From an uncultured Planctomycetota bacterium (lineage in GTDB: Bacteria; Planctomycetota; Planctomycetia; Pirellulales; Thermoguttaceae): 64,000 nt of DNA. Every line of letters starts with the position of its first letter. The first letter of the stretch is position 1. The translations under genes and the position numbers were made by a program. The notes under the pieces were generated by a model. The model saw only the letters and a program-made list of their open reading frames with translations, had not been told where the DNA came from and made no database searches. Shown one piece after another: positions 58,380-64,000 of the stretch. The DNA lies in NCBI GenBank assembly GCA_900317365.1, contig ONGM01000143.1, forward strand, positions 38,891-102,890. Reading direction: 5' to 3'.

Positions 58380-58434
58380 TATCGATAACAAAATATCGAT
58401 AAAAGCATTTTATACTATTCTCACTATTTGTCAA
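58380..58434 (-). promoter_or_regulatory. Promoter TTGACA-16-TAAAAT followed by tandem palindromes TTATCGATA-N5-TTATCGATA
   Basis: -35 at 58429..58434 and -10 at 58407..58412. The two palindromes (58394..58402 and 58380..58388) cover the predicted TSS and early leader of the AAE transporter gene. Confidence 0.4.
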
Positions 58435-58738
58435 TGGATAAAAATCAAATAGATAGTTCGGTCTTTCGAAACGCCAAACAAAAACCGCCGAGTCTTACTC
58501 CATCCAAAAGAAAGTTTCAAAACCGCCGAGCGTTCTCTGGAGCAAATGAGAAAGAAAAGATGGTGAAATGCTTGGAAACAACACCTTGAGACAACTGAAG
58601 CGTTACATACGTCAAGAGCGTCGAGTTTCTATGACCACTCGACGCTCCACTAACAAAAACTACTTGAGAATACCTCTGTTATCGATTGTTCCGCGATCCT
58701 TTTCGCAACCCAAACCATTCTTAACAGACTAAAAGTCG

Positions 58739-59515
58739 CTATTCGCAAGGAATCACTTCGATAAGTTCGGCGTCTTCCAACGGCACTGTAAATATCAAAT
58801 CGTCAATCTTCACTTTAACGCTTTCGTCGTCGCCGGAATTTTCGTCTTTCACAATATGCAACGTCTTATGAGAACTCCAGTAGGTAACGGGATATTCCGG
58901 ACGATCTTGGAGTTCGTCGCCAATCTGCACAAGAATCAGCGAATCATGATCGTTGCGCAATTCAACCAGCGTTTTCGCCTCGCGATGAACGTCCGTTAAA
59001 TCAACGGTTCGCCCAGAATGAACGATCTCGTCCAGGCACCCGTGAATACACATCGCGCAATAATGATCGTTATTCTTTTCGCGACAATGGTAATCGGAAC
59101 GTCTGAACAACGACGCGCCGATTCTCGGACAGCTATCGACAAACTCGACAAACTCAACGAGCCTCGTCGTCACTTCACCGCTCATTGCGTGCTCGAGGCG
59201 ACAGGCCGACTCGTGCGATTCCTTTCCGTCGACCCCTAGTATTTTCTCCAGAAAAATCTCCATTGCCCTGTGCCGTCGAATGATTTTCTCTGCTTCTTGC
59301 TTACCCAAATCGGTCAGAGTAATCGGAACATAGGGCGAATAGACGACCAGACCCTTATCCGCCAAAGAACGCAACGCGCTGGTAACCGAAGGTCTTTTGA
59401 CGTTCAGTCGATCCGCAATACTACTGCAACGTACGTTCTTTACTTCCTGCATGAGTTCGTAGATCGCTTCGAGGTAATCCTCCAAGCTTTGCGTTAATTC
59501 ATGATGATCGTCCAT
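58739..59515 (-). CDS. DtxR/MntR-family metal-dependent regulator with Cys/His-rich linker and FeoA/SH3-like C-terminal domain
   Basis: SLEDYLEAIYELMQE..VRCSSIADRLNVKRPSVTSALRSLADKGLV..RRHRAMEIFL. A linker follows: DSCPR..HCREKNNDHYCAMCIHGC. Confidence 0.8.
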   Translation of the reverse strand: MDDHHELTQSLEDYLEAIYELMQEVKNVRCSSIADRLNVKRPSVTSALRSLADKGLVVYSPYVPITLTDLGKQEAEKIIRRHRAMEIFLEKILGVDGKESHESACRLEHAMSGEVTTRLVEFVEFVDSCPRIGASLFRRSDYHCREKNNDHYCAMCIHGCLDEIVHSGRTVDLTDVHREAKTLVELRNDHDSLILVQIGDELQDRPEYPVTYWSSHKTLHIVKDENSGDDESVKVKIDDLIFTVPLEDAELIEVIPCE

Positions 59516-59595
59516 CGATCTTTCCCTTTCTGCACGGAGTCAGACGGCGCGTTGACAAACAACCCGAGCGTCCTATGGACTCAGATTCGACGCTA

Positions 59596-60495
59596 TTATT
59601 TCACTCGACTACGAAGAACCCCTAACTTCTCTATTTCAACCTCAACGATATCCCCTGAATGGAGGTAAAGCGGCGGACGGCGCGCGTCCCCTACCCCGTT
59701 TGGCGTGCCGGTAAAAACCAAGTCGCCCGGTTGTAACGTCATAACGCCGGAAACGTACGATATAATTTCCGAGACCTTAAAAATCATCCGACTCGTATGA
59801 GAACTCTGAACGGTAACGCCGTTGAGGCGCGTTTCGATTTTCAGAGAGTTCGGATCGCCAACCTCGTCAGCGGTAACAATCATTGGACCAATCGGGGCAA
59901 ATGAGTCAAAGGATTTACCTAAGAACCATTGTCCGCCAGGTTTGCCCTTTTGCCAATCTCGCGCGGAGACGTCATTGCCGCAACAGTAACCAAATACGTA
60001 GTCCAACGCGCTTTCAACGGAGACGTTCCGACACGTCTTGCCTATGACCGCGACCAACTCGCCTTCATAGTCTACTCGCGAAGAGGTCTCTGGCAAGACG
60101 ATATCGCCGCCGCTATGATTAATCGCCGAACTCGCTTTGCAGAAAATCAACGGTTCCGTCGGGTACTCGTCTCCAAATTCGTCCGCATGATCGCGATAAT
60201 TCAAACCAATCGCGACAATTTTGCGTTTGGAGTCGAACAAATTGGCGTCTTCCAACTCGCCGCTTTTATATGTATGCGCCCCTAAGAAGGCAATGCGCTC
60301 AGGCAATCTCTCCGTAAGCTTCCGAAGCGTTTCTTCGTCGAACAATTGAGACCAAAGACCGTTTCCGTATGAATCTTCTGATTCACAAAGAACCGGAACC
60401 TCGAGCCAACAATCAGAACCCTCGCCCAAACGTTCGACATATACGAGGGTCATCGATCTGTTAGTATTAGGTTTTCGAACGACGGTAAAACGCAT
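59596..60495 (-). CDS. Fumarylacetoacetate hydrolase (FAH) family protein
   Basis: KIVAIGLNYRDHADE, DYEGELVAVIGK, GYCCGNDVSARDWQ and GTPNGVG. Confidence 0.85.
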   Translation of the reverse strand: MRFTVVRKPNTNRSMTLVYVERLGEGSDCWLEVPVLCESEDSYGNGLWSQLFDEETLRKLTERLPERIAFLGAHTYKSGELEDANLFDSKRKIVAIGLNYRDHADEFGDEYPTEPLIFCKASSAINHSGGDIVLPETSSRVDYEGELVAVIGKTCRNVSVESALDYVFGYCCGNDVSARDWQKGKPGGQWFLGKSFDSFAPIGPMIVTADEVGDPNSLKIETRLNGVTVQSSHTSRMIFKVSEIISYVSGVMTLQPGDLVFTGTPNGVGDARRPPLYLHSGDIVEVEIEKLGVLRSRVK

Positions 60496-60647
60496 TTGAT
60501 ACCTCGCTTTGCCAAAAATACCCTATAACCATTCCTCCGAACGCCTGTTCGTCGGCGTCTCCTTGCGTCAAGACGCCGGACGAGCAAAGGAAGGCTCGTT
60601 CGGCGTCTTTTCGTCGTTATGCGCAGTACAAACGACTCTCGAGTCGA

Positions 60648-61835
60648 TTACGCTTCGTCGAGAAGTTCGACCGCAACAAATTTCTTACCTTCGAGCATTT
60701 CGAGACTGGCGCCGCCGCCCGTGCTAACGTGCGAAACCTTGTCGGCAAAACCGAGCTTTTGAATCGCAGCCGCGCTGTCGCCGCCGCCGATAATCGAGAT
60801 GGCGTCGCTCGCCGCGATCGCTTCGGCAACGGTTCTCGTTCCAAAGTCGAAGGGCGGCATTTCAGAAACGCCCATCGGACCGTTCCAAACAACCGTCTTC
60901 GCGTCTTTAACGATATCCGCGTACTTCGCGGCGGTTTTAGGACCAATGTCAAGACCTTCGAAGCCGTCAGGAATCTCGCCGGACGCGACAACAACTTTAT
61001 TGCAGTCGGAAGAGAACGCGTCGCCGCAATGAACGTCGAGCGGCAAAACGAGCTTGTCGCCGCCTTCTGCGAGAAGTTCTTTGGCGAGATCGACCTTATC
61101 AGGCTCAACGAGGCTCGAACCAACTTTTCCGCCCTTGGCGAGCGAAAAAGTATACGCCATAGCGCCGCCGATGAGAACCTTGTCGCAAATACCGAGCAGG
61201 TTCTTAATGACCATGATCTTGTCGGAAACTTTGGCGCCGCCGAGAATCGCAATGAACGGACGTTGAGGAGCGCTAATCGCGTCGGTCAGATACTTAATTT
61301 CCTTCTCGACGAGGAAACCGCAAACGCGCGGCTTGCCGGACATGGCGTTGGGGACGGCGACCATCGAGGCGTCGGTACGGTGGCATGTGCCGAACGCGTC
61401 GTTGACATAAACGTCGGCGAAAGAGGCGAGTTTAGCGGCAAATTCCGCATCGCCTTTCTTTTCGCCCGGTTGGAAGCGAAGATTTTCGAGCACGACGACG
61501 CCGCCGGCTTGGAGGGCGGCGACTTTCGCTTGCGCGTCGTCGCCAACCGTATCGGTCGCGAACTCGACTTTGACGCCAGGAAGAAGTTCAGCAAGTCGCA
61601 CGGCGGCCGGTTTCAAGGTAAATTTCGGATCCGGCGCGTCTTTCGGACGACCAAGGTGACTCATAAGAATAAGGCTACCGCCGCGTTCGAGAACGGATTT
61701 AATCGTCGGCAAAGCCATACGGATACGACGGTCGTCCGTGATATTGCCGTTTTCATCGAGCGGAACGTTAAAATCGACGCGAATCAAGACTTTTTTGCCG
61801 GCAACGTCAACATTAGCGATCGTTTTTTTCGCCAT
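60648..61835 (-). CDS. pgk: Phosphoglycerate kinase
   Basis: [38 protein letters not shown] and [17 protein letters not shown]. Confidence 0.95.
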   Translation of the reverse strand: MAKKTIANVDVAGKKVLIRVDFNVPLDENGNITDDRRIRMALPTIKSVLERGGSLILMSHLGRPKDAPDPKFTLKPAAVRLAELLPGVKVEFATDTVGDDAQAKVAALQAGGVVVLENLRFQPGEKKGDAEFAAKLASFADVYVNDAFGTCHRTDASMVAVPNAMSGKPRVCGFLVEKEIKYLTDAISAPQRPFIAILGGAKVSDKIMVIKNLLGICDKVLIGGAMAYTFSLAKGGKVGSSLVEPDKVDLAKELLAEGGDKLVLPLDVHCGDAFSSDCNKVVVASGEIPDGFEGLDIGPKTAAKYADIVKDAKTVVWNGPMGVSEMPPFDFGTRTVAEAIAASDAISIIGGGDSAAAIQKLGFADKVSHVSTGGGASLEMLEGKKFVAVELLDEA

Positions 61836-62119
61836 TGAAAAACCTTCCCATTACATATAAACTACGAAGGAACACGATTCCGCGCGTGAGGAAACGGCGT
61901 TTCCCGGCGCTCCGAAATCGGGAAAATTTCTCCCAAAAGCGGGTTTTCTTCGTTGTTTTCCAACCTCCGACTGTTAAAAAACAACGAACCGCATACAATT
62001 GCATTATACTAAAAGCATCGGCGAATGAAAGGGGGCGCGCCTTCAGCCGAAGAACGGCAGTTCCATTTCGCGTAGCGCGTCCCGCCCCTCGCCTTTTCAG
62101 TAACAAAGAATAAGCAATC

Positions 62120-63244
62120 ATGGCGCCATTAGTAAGCAAATTGATCATTACCCGGAGTTTTATCGTAGCGACCGTCGTGATCGTCGCGTCATTTGGCGCG
62201 CTTGTTCAGAACGAGTTGACGTCTTTTAACGTCGGCGTTGCCTTTGCGCAAGACGCCCCTTTAGATCTATCCGCGCTCGACGACGACCTTCCGACCTATG
62301 ACGGTGAGGAGCAGCAATCGCCGCCAGACGTCCCGGCGAACGCGACGAGCGGTAGTGAATTAAACGAGCCTTCTCATACCGCACAAACGGGAAAAACGTT
62401 TCAACTTGTCGCCGCCAGCGGATGGATTGGCGTTATTCTTCTCGTAGCCTCAATCGTGGCCGTTACGCTGATTATTCGCCTCCTTTTAACAGTCCGCCGC
62501 GTTGTCTTTATTCCTCTAGACGTCAAAGAAAAACTTGCCGATCACATTGGTCGAGGCGACTATGAAGGAGCCCTCAACATCGCTCTCCACTCCGAATCTT
62601 TCCTAGCGCGCGTCGCGTCCTTTGGACTCGCAGAAGCCGATCGAGGATGGAACGCGATTGAAAAAGCGCTGGAAGACGCGGCGGCTGAAGAAACGGCGAA
62701 AATATATCGCAAAACCGAATTGCTCGCCACAATCGGGAACGTTGCCCCTATGTTAGGTCTTTTGGGAACCGTGCTCGGCATGGTCTCCACCTTCGGCGAG
62801 CTCGCCGTTTCCGACGATTCCGGACGCAACCTCGCCAACGGAATTTATTTTGCTCTCGTTACGACAGTCGACGGACTTATTGTCGCGATCCCCGTCTTGG
62901 TCGCACGATCGCTAATTAACGCGAAAATCGCCTCCCTCGTCTCCGAAACAGTCGAGACGTTAAATCGCGTTTTTGCGCCTCTTAAAAGGGAGATCCAAGC
63001 GGAACGTACGTCGCTCGCTCCCGAAAAAACCGCCTCGTCGTCGCCTTCTGCGACGGCTCGATCAAGAAGTTTAAACGCCGCGTCAAACTCGTCTGCCCGT
63101 CCTCAGACTCCTTCTGGCGGCTTGCGCGAAATACCGAAACCCGCCGAAGTTCAGCCTGTCGTACCTCAACGCGAGTCCGCGCGACAAACATTGTCGTTAC
63201 GCCCTGAAAAACGAGAATCGACGCTACCGTCAGACCCGCATTAA
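62120..63244 (+). CDS. MotA/TolQ/ExbB-family proton-channel protein with long N- and C-terminal extensions
   Basis: LATIGNVAPMLGLLGTVLGMVSTF and YFALVTTVDGLIVAIPVLVA. The C-terminus is Ser/Pro-rich. Confidence 0.8.
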   Translation: MAPLVSKLIITRSFIVATVVIVASFGALVQNELTSFNVGVAFAQDAPLDLSALDDDLPTYDGEEQQSPPDVPANATSGSELNEPSHTAQTGKTFQLVAASGWIGVILLVASIVAVTLIIRLLLTVRRVVFIPLDVKEKLADHIGRGDYEGALNIALHSESFLARVASFGLAEADRGWNAIEKALEDAAAEETAKIYRKTELLATIGNVAPMLGLLGTVLGMVSTFGELAVSDDSGRNLANGIYFALVTTVDGLIVAIPVLVARSLINAKIASLVSETVETLNRVFAPLKREIQAERTSLAPEKTASSSPSATARSRSLNAASNSSARPQTPSGGLREIPKPAEVQPVVPQRESARQTLSLRPEKRESTLPSDPH

Positions 63245-63295
63245 ACGCCGCCTATTCGCCTATACCTCACCCTTAGTACCTGACAAAACGTCGTT

Positions 63296-64000
63296 ATGGC
63301 AAATTCGTTCAACGCGCCCCGCATGGGATTGGGACTTTCAGAAGAGCGAAGAGCGACTCTCCAACGTGAGAATCGGCTCAAGCAGGAACTTTATGCTCAG
63401 CAAAAGAAAATTCAGTTCTCCAATCTCCTTGAACGCTCCAATCAAGACGTCGACGCGTATATTGAGTCTCAGAATAACGTTTTCATACCTCATCGGAACG
63501 CAGGAGAATCCGCTGGTCACAATGTAAACGGCGCCCCATCGGGCGGTTCGGCCGCTAGCGCCGATAATCCGTCTCAAATCGAACCGGACGACCTCGACGG
63601 CGCGGACTTTTTTTCTCGACAATTTTTCCGAACGCGCGACAAAACTGTTTCCAAACGACGAGCACAGTTTATGGCGCTTGACGATGAAGAACTGGACTTC
63701 AACCCTGAAGCGCCCGTTCAAAAGACGTTGCCGGAATATCTCACGGAACAAATTAATCTGGACGTGAAGTTTGAAGGACTCAATCCGGAAGTCAAAGATT
63801 TATGCTACAAGATCATCGATTCACTTGATCCCGCCGGTTACTTCAAAGTGACCGACGACCAAGCCAAAATTCTTGCGACTGAAAATCTTGTCGCGTATCC
63901 GGATGAAGACGACGACGAATTGCTCGCCATTAACGATTTTGACAATCTTTTCGATCTCGTTTCCACACGCGATCTCCGAACGCGCGCGAAGAAAGCTCTC
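63296..64000 (+). CDS. rpoN: RNA polymerase sigma-54 factor, N-terminal 235 codons (continues past window end)
   Basis: My translation from ATG 63296 gives a Q/L-rich N-terminus, then an acidic region, then TLPEYLTEQINLDVKFEGLNPEVKDLCYKIIDSLDPAGYF. The last stretch matches the conserved RpoN region-III entry (..eyL..Ql......iiD.LD..GY). Region I is atypical. Confidence 0.6.
   Translation, partial: MANSFNAPRMGLGLSEERRATLQRENRLKQELYAQQKKIQFSNLLERSNQDVDAYIESQNNVFIPHRNAGESAGHNVNGAPSGGSAASADNPSQIEPDDLDGADFFSRQFFRTRDKTVSKRRAQFMALDDEELDFNPEAPVQKTLPEYLTEQINLDVKFEGLNPEVKDLCYKIIDSLDPAGYFKVTDDQAKILATENLVAYPDEDDDELLAINDFDNLFDLVSTRDLRTRAKKAL

Noticed and set aside
60617-61838. Long ORFs (211 aa minus in another frame, 369 aa plus) overlapping pgk
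   Set aside because: pgk is unambiguous. The overlapping ORFs are Arg/Ala-rich frame shadows.
1-64000. CRISPR arrays, tRNA or rRNA genes, and sigma-54 -24/-12 promoters
   Set aside because: A visual scan of the intergenic regions showed no regularly spaced direct repeats, no tRNA-like T-arm (GGTTCGAATCC-like) contexts, no rRNA-like stretches, and no TGGCAC-N5-TTGC motif in intergenic DNA. A proper tRNAscan, Infernal or PWM scan could still find something I missed.

Overview
This is a 64 kb chromosomal segment of about 50% GC with no rRNA, tRNA or CRISPR that I could see. Gene content hints at a PVC-type bacterium (many Sec/Tat-signal glycoside hydrolases, heme-motif giant proteins, HTH-EIIA, sigma-54), but that is a low-confidence guess.

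There are three themes.

(1) Housekeeping genes: valS (partial), rpsU, pgk, a cinA-like gene, an exbB/tolQ-like gene and rpoN (partial).

(2) A co-directional minus-strand nitrogen-assimilation supercluster of about 16.5 kb (25344 down to 8899). Its genes, in order:
- GS type III
- Amt fused to P-II
- asnB
- a split archaeal-type glutamate synthase (GATase, FeS/FMN and GXGXG subunits)
- a degenerate GS-like protein
- an ANTAR protein with a pseudo-receiver
- carA, carB and nadE

(3) Glycan-degradation genes with a rhamnose flavour: two GH78, rhaM, GH2, a GH39-like enzyme, WbsX-like and GxGYxYP proteins, an AraA-like isomerase, and a Tat-exported TIM-barrel isomerase.

The most interesting signal is regulatory. 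The leaders of the glnN operon and the glutamate-synthase operon carry strong intrinsic terminators. Each terminator overlaps a related hexaloop hairpin (GAG(G)C-AAnGGn-GUyU, loop A1/G4). The operon also encodes a non-phosphorylatable ANTAR protein next to a GS-like protein that has lost canonical metal and substrate ligands. Together these suggest a nitrogen-sensing antitermination circuit.

Other notable items:
- a perfect CsoR-type operator on a P1B-ATPase promoter, with csoR 12 kb away
- a frameshifted orphan MuF-domain gene
- a decayed IS5-family element
- secreted paralogs sharing a C-terminal NP[FL]E-x-[FV]-L plus acidic-tail motif
- a 1291-aa secreted protein with two CxxCH motifs
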